Origin: Candidatus Thorarchaeota archaeon
Lineage (GTDB): Archaea > Asgardarchaeota > Thorarchaeia > Thorarchaeales > Thorarchaeaceae
Direction of reading: 5' to 3'
DNA: 64,000 bases
NCBI GenBank assembly: GCA_016839605.1
Contig: JAEOTX010000039.1
Span: 1 to 64,000 of the forward strand
A program made the position numbers and the translations under genes. Numbering within the stretch: position 1 is the first letter of the stretch; every line of letters starts with the position of its first letter. Below, one piece after another: positions 1-9,951 of the stretch. A model generated the notes under the pieces. That model was not told where the DNA came from. It ran no database searches and was given only the letters and a program-made list of their open reading frames with translations.

Positions 1-560
1 ACGCCAACCTGGACTGGCCCGCCCAACTCAATCTCCAGCAATTGATTGGTAAAGGATGTCGATTTCGTTCCCTGGCTGATGAGTAGGTCTGCAGTTGTCA
101 AGACCGATGAGTCAGAGAAGCGATGGATTTTATTTCCAATCACGCAATATTTCAGCCGAACATCCTGCGCGGCGCCAGCGACCCGCTGAGGCGCCTTCCA
201 CAGAGGAGGCACAAATCCAACTGGGTCTTTCCCGATTGATTCAGAAATCATCGCTTTTCCCGACTTGATTCTAGATAGGACTCGGCCTCGTTCCATCTTC
301 TGAAACTCGTCTAGTGAACCGGATTTTGTAAAATGGCTGTAGCCATGAAGAGAAACTTCCAATTGAAGAGAAGCGAGAAACTCAGAAAAAAGAGGATTGT
401 TCTCTAGACTGTTTGACTTCTTGAGAGCATACATTGGAGTCACAAGGAGCGTGAAGTCTAAGATTCCAAGGTCAATCAGCATATCATATGTGGCTACGAC
501 ATCATCCTCGAATGCAGGACTAACATCATGAAGTGAAAGAAGAGCTATGCCGTCCTCCAC
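1..560 (-). CDS. DUF2334 / polysaccharide deacetylase-like protein, partial (runs off left edge)
   Basis: Not in the ORF track. Manual translation from GTG at 560 gives MEDGIALLSLHDVSPAFEDD...EVSLHGYSH...PVGFVPPLW, with the HDVSP, LHGYxH and GFVPP motifs of the family; open to position 1. Confidence 0.75.
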   Translation of the reverse strand, partial: MEDGIALLSLHDVSPAFEDDVVATYDMLIDLGILDFTLLVTPMYALKKSNSLENNPLFSEFLASLQLEVSLHGYSHFTKSGSLDEFQKMERGRVLSRIKSGKAMISESIGKDPVGFVPPLWKAPQRVAGAAQDVRLKYCVIGNKIHRFSDSSVLTTADLLISQGTKSTSFTNQLLEIELGGPVQVG

Positions 561-660
561 ATATTGTTGTCCTTTATTCACTCTGTCCCCCCCATATGGT
601 GGTGCTTAGCTTCTTGAAGAACACCACTCTTTATTGCACTCATCTCTCGATTAGGTCTAA

Positions 661-897
661 CTAGGATCCACGATTCCATTGCTTATACGCAAGGTCCATA
701 TCTTTCTCTGTGATTGTCTTCCGACCTGCATGCTCAGTGAGTTCAAAAGCACGCTTTGCGAGATTTTCTCCGATCTCCTCAAGAATCTGTGCTAATCGCT
801 CAGCACCCTTGTCACTGACGCGTCCAGCGCCAGCCTTTCTGATTAATCTGTCAACAGGCGCTACTGGAATTATCCTGTCCTTTCTAGACCTTGGCAA
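661..897 (-). CDS. Archaeal histone (HMfA/HMfB family)
   Basis: IPVAPVDRLIRKAGAGRVS...HAGRKTITEKD histone-fold motifs; TTG start; short basic N-terminus. Confidence 0.95.
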   Translation of the reverse strand: MPRSRKDRIIPVAPVDRLIRKAGAGRVSDKGAERLAQILEEIGENLAKRAFELTEHAGRKTITEKDMDLAYKQWNRGS

Positions 898-1048
898 AAC
901 TTCTCTCTCCGCGTATTAGGCACACACTGGGCTCTTCGAAGCTGAATGATATTTAAAGCCTCTTACATCTCCCCGTGATGTCTTTAGAGGCCTAAGAGGG
1001 CTTTTCTGACACTCTTGAGGTTTCTATTGAGAGCAAAGGAAAGCGCGC

Positions 1049-2233
1049 CTAACCCGTTCGAAGTGTAATAATACTCGCCTGACCAACCTGATTTTTCAGA
1101 ACATCCAAGTTCATGTCCTCTTCAGCTTTCTGAACATCGCTTGGCTTTCCACGTGTAACAGGATATTTGGGCGCGAGTGTACAACATGAGAGACCTTCCT
1201 CTGCGAACTTGTAAGTTCCAATCTTATGAGCCAAGGCTTCAATGTCCGACTTGTCGTCTCCTGCACATGGTCTCAGAATTGGAAAGTCGCACACTGCTGT
1301 ATTGATTGCTCTCAGATTCATTGTTGTCTGAGAGGCCTGCTCCCCAATGATCTCCCCAGTGACGATTGCATCTGCATCTTCCATTATGGCAATCTCTCGT
1401 GCCATTCTTAGCATGTTCCTCTTGCAGAATAAGCAGGTCATCTTTGGTGGGCCATGGGTTTCCGCCTCACTAAGATCTTCTCCATGGGGGACAATATAGA
1501 GCTTGACTTCAAAGTTGTGAATGTAATTAGCTAGTAGTTGTGCTTGCTCTGTCACAATGGCCTTGCAGTCATCGTTTGCATAAGGAGTGTTGTCGAAATT
1601 GACAAACACAGGAATACATCCTCGCTTCATCACCTTAAAGGCGGCAATGGGAGAGTCTAAGCCGCTAGAAAGGGTACACACTACTTTACCTTGCGATCCC
1701 GTAGGCATTCCGCCCACACCATCGATGGTTTCTACAAAGAGGTATGCACTCTGATTTCGAACCTCAACGTAGAGCGATTGATCTGGAGATGTAAGGTCCA
1801 CAGAGAGTTCCAGCTCTGGAAGGCCCATCAATATGGCAGCGCCAAGTTTCTCCCGGACATCCTGACTTGAGTAATCATGAGTTCCTACCCTTCTGGAACC
1901 CACTGCAAAAGACTTGTTCTTTGTAAAGCTCCCTCGTGCCATCTCCACCCCTGTTTCAAGAATAGTATCTAGATCGGATTCAATGACGACAACAGGAGAA
2001 ACGGAAACAACACCGAATATGTTGGATGCTATGTCACTGGCCTCTTGGGTCACATCTGTGACAATGAAAATCCTGCCGTACTCCTTTCGCACCTTAGAGA
2101 ACTTGACACCAGCCTCTCGCATTGCTGATTTGATGTGCTTAATGAGCAAGTCTTCCATACGCTTTCGTGTCTGTTTGGACTTGATTCCAATTTCGCCGTA
2201 TCTGACAAGTACTTCGGAATATTCTGGGCTCAT
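1049..2233 (-). CDS. thiI: tRNA 4-thiouridine synthase ThiI (THUMP + PP-loop, no rhodanese domain)
   Basis: VRYGEIGIKS, GGMPTGSQGK, LSSGLDS PP-loop, CLFCKR, GEQASQT; start set to ATG 2233 (ORF track 2257). Confidence 0.93.
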   Translation of the reverse strand: MSPEYSEVLVRYGEIGIKSKQTRKRMEDLLIKHIKSAMREAGVKFSKVRKEYGRIFIVTDVTQEASDIASNIFGVVSVSPVVVIESDLDTILETGVEMARGSFTKNKSFAVGSRRVGTHDYSSQDVREKLGAAILMGLPELELSVDLTSPDQSLYVEVRNQSAYLFVETIDGVGGMPTGSQGKVVCTLSSGLDSPIAAFKVMKRGCIPVFVNFDNTPYANDDCKAIVTEQAQLLANYIHNFEVKLYIVPHGEDLSEAETHGPPKMTCLFCKRNMLRMAREIAIMEDADAIVTGEIIGEQASQTTMNLRAINTAVCDFPILRPCAGDDKSDIEALAHKIGTYKFAEEGLSCCTLAPKYPVTRGKPSDVQKAEEDMNLDVLKNQVGQASIITLRTG

Positions 2234-2366
2234 ATCATATATCCTCGGAACAAACAATGTGAATTGCAGTTCACGAATAAATCATTGCCAAGAGGACATG
2301 CATCAGAGGATAACCCTTATCAGCTTGGCGCATTGTATCTAAAAGAACGCAAGAGGGGCGAAATCA

Positions 2367-3323
2367 TTGCGCACAACGCTTTCTTCAATGAGAGATGCGG
2401 ATACTGAAGCATTGGCAAAGGTGGCATTTCAAGCCAGACAGGCATCAGAACGAAGAAGTTCCGAGTTATCAGTTGTCAAATTCAAGGAGGCGCTTGACTC
2501 TGCCGCTGACGATGATAATCAAAAGGTGCTACTATGCAGGTCTGATGAATCAGATGAATTGCTGGGATGGCTTAGTTTCTACACAGGCATTCCTAGAATA
2601 GTCTTCATCGCAGAATGGCATCCTGAAATTGTACCTAGCGACAGCTATGGGGTTGTGGCAAAGAAACTGATTCGAAAGGCAAAGAAAGTCACTAAGGAAA
2701 TTGGAAAGGAGAGACTAGAGGTACAGTTTAACAGGATTACCAGCAGAATCAGACCTCTTCTTGATAGATACGAAGGTTGGTATAGAGATGAGGGATTTCG
2801 ATATGCAACTGAAGAGACCTACATGGAAGCTGCTATCATCGATGATTTGCCAGGTTTCAATGAACTCGATGATGTCGAAATTAAACCAATCACTGAAATC
2901 AGCAATGACGACCTTATAGATCCGTTTTTCGACTCGTTTCTGGACAGCAAGGACGGTCTATTTCTGTCATTGACAAAAGACCAGCAAATCGATGCGTTCA
3001 ACTATTGGTTCAGTAGAGCAAGACAGTTCATAGATGAAGCCTCTCTTTGTGTATTAGACAGGGATAGAGTAGTAGGATTCCTAGTCGTGAGAGTAGAGGA
3101 TGGCAGCCCACATGTTGGACCAATTGGCGTCCATCCAGATTTCAGGGGCAAAGGAATAGCCCGAGCACTACTCGCGAAGGGTATGGAGGCTATCAGAAAA
3201 CAAGGGTTCAGGAAGGTGGCACTTGAGATGGACATATTGAATACACCAGCCATGAATCTCTACAAAAAGTTCGGGTTCCAATCCATCCACAATTCTGTGT
3301 ACTATTACTGGAATGCTAAATGA
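2367..3323 (+). CDS. GNAT family N-acetyltransferase (tandem GNAT domains)
   Basis: IGVHPDFRGKGIARALL acetyl-CoA motif; NTPAMNLYKKFGF. Confidence 0.85.
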   Translation: MRTTLSSMRDADTEALAKVAFQARQASERRSSELSVVKFKEALDSAADDDNQKVLLCRSDESDELLGWLSFYTGIPRIVFIAEWHPEIVPSDSYGVVAKKLIRKAKKVTKEIGKERLEVQFNRITSRIRPLLDRYEGWYRDEGFRYATEETYMEAAIIDDLPGFNELDDVEIKPITEISNDDLIDPFFDSFLDSKDGLFLSLTKDQQIDAFNYWFSRARQFIDEASLCVLDRDRVVGFLVVRVEDGSPHVGPIGVHPDFRGKGIARALLAKGMEAIRKQGFRKVALEMDILNTPAMNLYKKFGFQSIHNSVYYYWNAK

Positions 3324-3373
3324 CTAGCCGGGTCCCAAGCGTTCATATCTCGCGAATGACCACCTGCAACAGG

Positions 3374-5404
3374 ATGATAGCAATCGGAGTTGATGTAGGC
3401 GGCACATTCACAGATATCATAGTGTCCGATACAGCTACGGGTCAAAGCTATGTCCACAAGATACCATCGACTCCAAAAGCACAGGATTTAGCTGTTGTTG
3501 AAGGATTATCAGAAATCCTTGCAGACTGTGGTCTTGATGCGCGAGACGTTTCTCTTATAGTGCATGGGACCACTGTGGCTACAAACGCAATGCTGCAAAG
3601 AGAGGGTGCAGATGTTCTTCTACTCACAACAAGTGGACTAGAGGATGTCCTTGAGATTGGAAGACAGAATAGAGAGGAGATCTATGACTTCAGCGCGGCA
3701 AGACCTAAGGCCCTTGTCAAACGTGATAATCGAATCGGAGTGTCAGAACGCCTTGATAGTGAAGGAAATCCGATAATACAGCTTGAGAATAGGGAGATTC
3801 AGAGAGTTCGTTCCCTAGTTGAGAGCAGGAAACCAGAGGCTATTGCGATATCGCTCCTGTTTTCTTATATTAACCATGATCATGAAGATGCAATCATGAG
3901 GGCTTTGCGAGACATAGAAACTGCATATGTAGTTGCATCATCTAGAGTGCTTCCTGAGTTTCGGGAGTATGAAAGAACATCTACAACAGTGCTCGAAGCA
4001 TATCTGGGCCCCCTAGTCCTGAACTACCTTAACCGTCTGGACATATCACTCAAAGCAATCTCTCCAAAGACAAAGCTAACGGTAATGCAGTCAAACGGAG
4101 GCACCATCCTCTGTTCTCGTACACATGGAAAGGCCATAGGATTAGCAATCTCTGGTCTTGCTGGTGGCGTGATTGGAGGGTGGGAGATAGCTAAACGGGG
4201 AGGAGTCAATCAAGCAATCACATTAGACATGGGTGGAACATCATGTGACATTAGTGCCGTGTCTGAACGAGTTATTGTGAGACCAGATAATGAGATTGGA
4301 GGACTTCCAGTACGGATGCCTTCAGTCGATGTCAAGACGATTGGAGCCGGAGGCGGAAGCATTGCTTGGATTGATGAAGCTGGAGTACTGCATGTTGGCC
4401 CACAGAGTGCTGGTGCTGTTCCGGGCCCTGCGTCTTATTCCAAAGGAGGCACTTCTGCGACTGTTACTGATGCTAATCTGATACTGGGCCGTCTCAATCC
4501 GGATTTCTTTGTAGGAGGAAGGATCAATCTCAATATGAAGAGGGCAACAGATGCGGTGGGCAAAATCGCAACTCACCTTAGCATCCCATTAGATGAAACC
4601 GCTCTGGGAATCATCAGAATCTCTACTAACAACATGGTACAGGCTATCAGAGAAGTCACTATTGAACGAGGACGTGACCCACGTGAATTTGTCCTAGTCG
4701 CCTTTGGAGGCGCAGGACCTACACAGGCAATCGACATAGCATCATCTCTTGGAATAGATTCGATACTAATTCCGCCTAATCCTGGCATCACATCTGCGTT
4801 AGGTCTCCTCTGTGCAGATCTGCGTGTAGATGTCATGAAGACTGTAATGATTTCTGGTGAGGATGCTTCTTCAAGAAGAATGACGGAGATTTTAGAGGAT
4901 TTATCAGATGATGCTCGTGATCAGCTTCGCGGCCAAGGAGCTCAGAAAGATAAGATGGAGCTCCTTTGGTCGCTCGACATGCGCTACACTGGGCAATCAC
5001 ATGAGCTCAATATACCGGTGCGTTTCAAAGGGAAAGACCTCATTCTCGCTTCAGCTGAGCGATTTGAAACGGAGCATGAGGCAAGCTATGGATATAGAAT
5101 GAAGGACAGAGATATCCAATGGGTTACCGCTAGAGTGACTGCAAGATATCCACAGGCGGAGTGGAGAATATCTGGTCCAACAACCCCAAGCAATGGAACT
5201 CCAGTTGAAACAAGGAAGGTGATAGTGGATCGGATGAAGACCGTTGATGCGGAGATATACAGACGAGAAACACTCGGCGAAGAACAAAGAGTGTTGGGTC
5301 CTGCTATCATTGAACAACTTGACACTACGACTTACATTGCGCCAGACTGGGAAGGAAAACAAGAGAAAGATGGGTCTCTATGGTTAAGGAGGGCTGTGAG
5401 ATGA
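3374..5404 (+). CDS. Hydantoinase/5-oxoprolinase subunit A
   Basis: GVDVGGTFTD, HGTTVATNA, DMGGTSCD, GAGGGS, GPQSAGAVPGP; start set to ATG 3374 (track 3320). Confidence 0.93.
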   Translation: MIAIGVDVGGTFTDIIVSDTATGQSYVHKIPSTPKAQDLAVVEGLSEILADCGLDARDVSLIVHGTTVATNAMLQREGADVLLLTTSGLEDVLEIGRQNREEIYDFSAARPKALVKRDNRIGVSERLDSEGNPIIQLENREIQRVRSLVESRKPEAIAISLLFSYINHDHEDAIMRALRDIETAYVVASSRVLPEFREYERTSTTVLEAYLGPLVLNYLNRLDISLKAISPKTKLTVMQSNGGTILCSRTHGKAIGLAISGLAGGVIGGWEIAKRGGVNQAITLDMGGTSCDISAVSERVIVRPDNEIGGLPVRMPSVDVKTIGAGGGSIAWIDEAGVLHVGPQSAGAVPGPASYSKGGTSATVTDANLILGRLNPDFFVGGRINLNMKRATDAVGKIATHLSIPLDETALGIIRISTNNMVQAIREVTIERGRDPREFVLVAFGGAGPTQAIDIASSLGIDSILIPPNPGITSALGLLCADLRVDVMKTVMISGEDASSRRMTEILEDLSDDARDQLRGQGAQKDKMELLWSLDMRYTGQSHELNIPVRFKGKDLILASAERFETEHEASYGYRMKDRDIQWVTARVTARYPQAEWRISGPTTPSNGTPVETRKVIVDRMKTVDAEIYRRETLGEEQRVLGPAIIEQLDTTTYIAPDWEGKQEKDGSLWLRRAVR

Positions 5405-6978
5405 TAGAAGACCCCGTATCCTTCGAGGTGCTCAAGAATGCTCTTGTTTCTGTTTCCAGAGAAATGAGTGTCGCCTTGAGAAAGACGGCATTCAGTCCAA
5501 ACATCAAAGAAAGACGCGATTGCAGTTGCGCGCTGTTTGATGCAGATGGCAAGCTGGTGGCCCAATCAAAGGACATCCCTGTCCATCTTGGCGCAATGCC
5601 TCTATCTGTGAAGGCATGCATCGAAGAGATCGGAGATAATCTAGTTGACGGGACAATGGCTCTACTCAATGACCCCTTCTCTGGTGGATCGCATTTGCCA
5701 GACCTGACCCTTGTAGCGCCAGTATATGATGATGAGGACTTGGTCGCATTTGTGGCTAACAGAGCGCATCATTCAGATGTGGGCGGAGAGAGTCCCGGTT
5801 CCATGCCTGGACTATCAGTGTCAATAGAAGAAGAAGGCGTGAGAATAACACCACGATTGGTTGTGCAAACGGGCAAATTGGATACCGAGTCAATCTCAGA
5901 TCTTCTCAGTGCTACAAGAACTCCTGAAGAGAGATTGGGGGACCTTAGTGCGCAGATTGCTGCAAATACTGTAGGAATAGACAGGCTTCAATCAGTTGCT
6001 ATTGAAAATGGATGGGATTCCCTAACTCGTACATTCAAAGACCTCCTTGATTATTCTGAAGAAATGATGGGAGGAAGGCTCTCTAAGTACAGGGGGTTAG
6101 AGTCAGAATTCATTGACCATATGGACAGTGACGGAGCCGGAACTTGGAATGTGCCGATTTCTGTTAGTATCAAAATCGGAAACCGAAAGGCTACAATTGA
6201 CTTCGCAGGGACCGCTGAACAAGTGAGGGGCAATGTTAATTGTCCAATTGCGTCAACTCTCTCATCTGTCTACTATGTCTTCGTAGTTCTGTTTGGTCAT
6301 GATATTCCCACAAATGAGGGCTGCTGGAGTATTTTGAATGTGGATATTCCAGAAGGCACATTTCTTAATCCCAATTATCCAGCTGCCGTATCAGCTGGCA
6401 ACGTTGAAACAACACAACGAATTGTCGATGCGATTCTTGGCTCAATGGCATCTATTGCTCCTGATATTGTACCAGCGGCAAGTCAGGGAACGATGAATAA
6501 TGTGGCAATCGGGGGCATTGATCCTCGTTCGCAGAAACCATTTTCATTCTATGAAACCATCGGAGGTGGTGCTGGAGCCATGTCTGGAACGCATGGAGAA
6601 AGTGGGATTCACTCTCATATGACAAACACTCTGAATACACCTATTGAGTCCCTTGAGATATCATACCCACTTCGGGTCTGGCGATATGCAATAAGACGCG
6701 ATACTGGTGGAGAGGGTAGGTGGCGTGGCGGAGATGGAATCATCAGGGAAATAGAACTCGTATCTGATGAATGCACAGTCTCAATACAATCTGAAAGGCG
6801 GCATGGCAGACCATGGGGTCTCCATGGCGGGGATTCCGGTGTTTCAGGAAGCAATAGTATAGTATACGACAATCAAATCCACGAACTGCAGGCGAAATCC
6901 ACGGTGACAGCTCCCGAAGGAGCTATCATCCGAATTGAAACACCAGGCGGAGGCGGGTGGGGTAAGCCTGTTGACTAG
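5401..6978 (+). CDS. Hydantoinase B/5-oxoprolinase subunit B
   Basis: AFSPNIKERRDCSC, IPVHLG, NDPFSGGSHLPD, HHSDVGG, TPGGGGWG; ATGA overlap with subunit A. Confidence 0.93.
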   Translation: MIEDPVSFEVLKNALVSVSREMSVALRKTAFSPNIKERRDCSCALFDADGKLVAQSKDIPVHLGAMPLSVKACIEEIGDNLVDGTMALLNDPFSGGSHLPDLTLVAPVYDDEDLVAFVANRAHHSDVGGESPGSMPGLSVSIEEEGVRITPRLVVQTGKLDTESISDLLSATRTPEERLGDLSAQIAANTVGIDRLQSVAIENGWDSLTRTFKDLLDYSEEMMGGRLSKYRGLESEFIDHMDSDGAGTWNVPISVSIKIGNRKATIDFAGTAEQVRGNVNCPIASTLSSVYYVFVVLFGHDIPTNEGCWSILNVDIPEGTFLNPNYPAAVSAGNVETTQRIVDAILGSMASIAPDIVPAASQGTMNNVAIGGIDPRSQKPFSFYETIGGGAGAMSGTHGESGIHSHMTNTLNTPIESLEISYPLRVWRYAIRRDTGGEGRWRGGDGIIREIELVSDECTVSIQSERRHGRPWGLHGGDSGVSGSNSIVYDNQIHELQAKSTVTAPEGAIIRIETPGGGGWGKPVD

Positions 6979-7724
6979 ACAGCGAGAGAAACAGCGCCAT
7001 TAATCCCATTGATTCGTAGAGTCTGAGACTTAGCGCCAGCAGCGACCTTAACATAGTATACGGGAATATAGAAGCCATCAAGCTTTTTGAATTCAAGTGA
7101 ATGCTTAATGACACGCTTTGCGTCAGAAGGTCTTCCTCCAGCAAGCTTCGCGACAGTCTTGACTACTTTCTCGATGGAATTGTATTTCCCAGGAGATACC
7201 TTATTCTTACGAATCCACGCAGGTGTGGCCTTTTTCTTTCCGGGCTTCTTCAATAGCTTCTCTATAGCATCAGCTGGACCGCCAGTTTTTCCATCAACCG
7301 TCATCCCATCAGACCGTTTCAGCTCGAAGAGCTCAATCACTTCAAGATGCAGAGACTTGCCAGGTATCGTCTTGCCCTTCTTAGGAAGCAATACCTCCTT
7401 TCCAACAAATGCGCCTGATACTTGTTCGTTGACACCGAGCTCCTGTTTTCTGAGGCGGAGAAACTTAATCATGAGAACAGCATCATACATACAATAGAAG
7501 TCGTATTTGAGCGCTGGCTTACTCACTTTCACAGCATTAGGCGACACACCAAGAACATCAGCTCCATCTTTAAGTGCACTCTTCTTTGCTTTCTCGGGTT
7601 TGACTTTCTCTTTGAAGTAGAACATCTTTTTCTTCTTCTGATCAATCTTCATCTTGGTGTGTGCACCTTTTATCTTGAACATTGATGCAGACACCTTTGG
7701 TTTCGAGGACTTCTTCTTGGCCAA
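6975..7724 (-). CDS. Hypothetical basic (Lys-rich) protein with internal two-fold repeat
   Basis: Long ORF; two similar Y/F-rich beta segments ending in VDGKTG and INGING; TTG 7724 follows a GGTG SD (track start 7790). Confidence 0.65.
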   Translation of the reverse strand: MAKKKSSKPKVSASMFKIKGAHTKMKIDQKKKKMFYFKEKVKPEKAKKSALKDGADVLGVSPNAVKVSKPALKYDFYCMYDAVLMIKFLRLRKQELGVNEQVSGAFVGKEVLLPKKGKTIPGKSLHLEVIELFELKRSDGMTVDGKTGGPADAIEKLLKKPGKKKATPAWIRKNKVSPGKYNSIEKVVKTVAKLAGGRPSDAKRVIKHSLEFKKLDGFYIPVYYVKVAAGAKSQTLRINGINGAVSLAV

Positions 7725-7786
7725 ATTTGACACCGAACTTGAAGAATGCTTCAAGCTATAAGTTCTCTTTGGCCGCGCAGTTTTGT

Positions 7787-9532
7787 TCACTTGTGTGAGA
7801 AGGCCACTCTGATTTTCTCTCCCTTATCGAAGACTCGTGCAAAACCCACACGCTCAAACTGAAGAAAAGTCCCGTTCTCAATATCGCAGATCCCAGGTTC
7901 CCCAAGACCAGCCATAACCTCGCCATCGACCATTGTTAATTCAACAGGCACGGAGTCTTGCTTTGGAATCCAATGAATGATTGACCCGCCTACTTGACGA
8001 ACTTCATTAACGTCAGCACTGTGGAAATTGGCTTGTGGCTTCTTGCCTTTCTTCAGTATGAAATTGGCTAAGTCCTTCAGTCTGAATAGATCTCCCTTGG
8101 ACATCCGTTCATAGTCTCTATCAGCTATACCAACTTTAGCTGGTGCATCTGCTTTTTCACGAGAGAGGGGTATAATGCGAGTTCCACGCTCAGGGAAATC
8201 TGGATGTACTGGAGCCTCGGCAGCCTGAATATCCTTAGGCACCCCATCTAGGTTCAGCCAAACTGGGGTTTCTACAAAGAACGCCCGCGGTGCATCTGCA
8301 TCACGAAGCTTGCGGTTTTCTGCGTATACCGCCTTCATGGACATTGAGATGTCTGTAATGCTAAGACCGAGGTCAAGCAATGCCTTCCTAATGGCATCAG
8401 GATGGATACCCCGTTTATCTAGCGACTGCAAGCTCCAAGTGCGAGGGTCATCCCATCCAGTATAGACACCTTCTCGTACTTCTTTGCTAGACTTACTCTT
8501 GCTCAGTGTAGCATCTTGAAACTTCAATCGACCGAAATAGATCAATTCGGGATGTTGCCAATTGTAGATGTTCCAAATGTGTTGCTCAATCTTCCCCTCT
8601 TTGACGAGATCTTTTCCTCTAATGATATGGGTGACTCCTAGTTCATGGTCGTCTATACCCCACGAATACTCCAAGAGTGGCCATACCCGATATTTGGTGC
8701 CCACCCGATGGTGCTCAGTTTCAGAGATTCTTAGAATCACATGATCGCGCATTGCAGGATCCGGATCGGTCATGCCAGTCCTGAGTCGCACAGCTGCTCC
8801 TCGCTCAGGATATGTGCCATCCAGCATTTTCTCCCAGCGAGCAAGATTCTCTTCGGTTCTGAGAAGACTACACGAACACGCTTTCCCTTTTGCTTTGTGC
8901 TCCTTTCGCCAAACATCAGCATCGCAGTCGCAAACGTAGGCCTCATTCCTATTGATGAGGTCTACAGCATATTTGTAGAAGATTTCCAGACGATCAGATT
9001 TGTACACTGTTCGGTGCCACTTGACGTTAAGGTATTCGAGTCCTTCCGGAATCAAGTCAAAGGCAGCAGGCTCAACGACTTTCTCAGCAGAGCCAATAGT
9101 GTCATCGAATACGAGTATCAGTTCGCCGCTGTAGCGCTTGACATAGTAATCATTGAGAATAACCATTCTTGCATTGCCAATATGTAGAGGGCCCGAGGGG
9201 AACGGTGCTAGACGCATGATAACTTTGGGCCACTTGTCAACGTTGGGAAGATCAGGAAGGTCCTTTTCTCCTACAATCTCTGGAGTTGCCTTCAGCATTT
9301 CAGGAGCAATCTCCATTAGCTCAGCGCGTTGCTTCTCTATAGGCATTTTCTCAACTTCCAGCACGAGGCGTTGAGCGATTTCCTTGATGTCACGCGCACG
9401 AGGTCGTAGGTCAGCTCTGGTGCCCATTATCGCACTCATGACAGACTTTACTGTTGGTTTGCCTTCATACTTGACCGCATTGTCCAGCACGAATTTACGA
9501 ACCTCGTTCTCAAGATTGTCCAAACGCAACAA
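7787..9532 (-). CDS. gltX: Glutamate--tRNA ligase (archaeal type)
   Basis: RLAPFPSGPLHIGNAR (HIGH-like), FDDT, DPAMRD, HIIRGKD, LSKS, GWDDPR, QFERVGF. Confidence 0.96.
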   Translation of the reverse strand: MLRLDNLENEVRKFVLDNAVKYEGKPTVKSVMSAIMGTRADLRPRARDIKEIAQRLVLEVEKMPIEKQRAELMEIAPEMLKATPEIVGEKDLPDLPNVDKWPKVIMRLAPFPSGPLHIGNARMVILNDYYVKRYSGELILVFDDTIGSAEKVVEPAAFDLIPEGLEYLNVKWHRTVYKSDRLEIFYKYAVDLINRNEAYVCDCDADVWRKEHKAKGKACSCSLLRTEENLARWEKMLDGTYPERGAAVRLRTGMTDPDPAMRDHVILRISETEHHRVGTKYRVWPLLEYSWGIDDHELGVTHIIRGKDLVKEGKIEQHIWNIYNWQHPELIYFGRLKFQDATLSKSKSSKEVREGVYTGWDDPRTWSLQSLDKRGIHPDAIRKALLDLGLSITDISMSMKAVYAENRKLRDADAPRAFFVETPVWLNLDGVPKDIQAAEAPVHPDFPERGTRIIPLSREKADAPAKVGIADRDYERMSKGDLFRLKDLANFILKKGKKPQANFHSADVNEVRQVGGSIIHWIPKQDSVPVELTMVDGEVMAGLGEPGICDIENGTFLQFERVGFARVFDKGEKIRVAFSHK

Positions 9533-9658
9533 CTCTGCAACAAATCCTTGTCGGACTCATTTAACGTTAACTGGCTGGCAAAACAGTATCACAGGGACAC
9601 GCTTATTTGGCATAAATGAGGGTTCGTATGTGTTACTACGATTCCATGGTGCAGAAAT

Positions 9659-9949
9659 GTGTCAGAGTTAAAGTGTTGCAAATTATGCGGTGCGTTCCAT
9701 ACATGCGATCATAAGGGCGAGTGTTGTCCTGAGTGTGAGCATTATGATCCCTTGGACAATCTCTGTATGGCAAGTCATCTGAAGAAGAAAGCAAAAAGAA
9801 ACGCCAAATCGGAAGAACGAGATGAAGAGGTCGACCCAGACACGTTCCTGTTTGACGATGATGATGACGATGAAGATGATGAGAGCGATTTGCCTCCTGA
9901 ACGCGAACTAGATGAGGATGATGGCATCCCAGACGACGATTGGGACTAG
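9659..9949 (+). CDS. Small Cys/His-rich zinc-binding protein with acidic C-terminal tail
   Basis: CCKLC...HTCDH..ECCPECEHY...C cluster; tail ends GIPDDDWD; GGTG SD upstream. Confidence 0.7.
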   Translation: MSELKCCKLCGAFHTCDHKGECCPECEHYDPLDNLCMASHLKKKAKRNAKSEERDEEVDPDTFLFDDDDDDEDDESDLPPERELDEDDGIPDDDWD

Positions 9950-9951
9950 AC

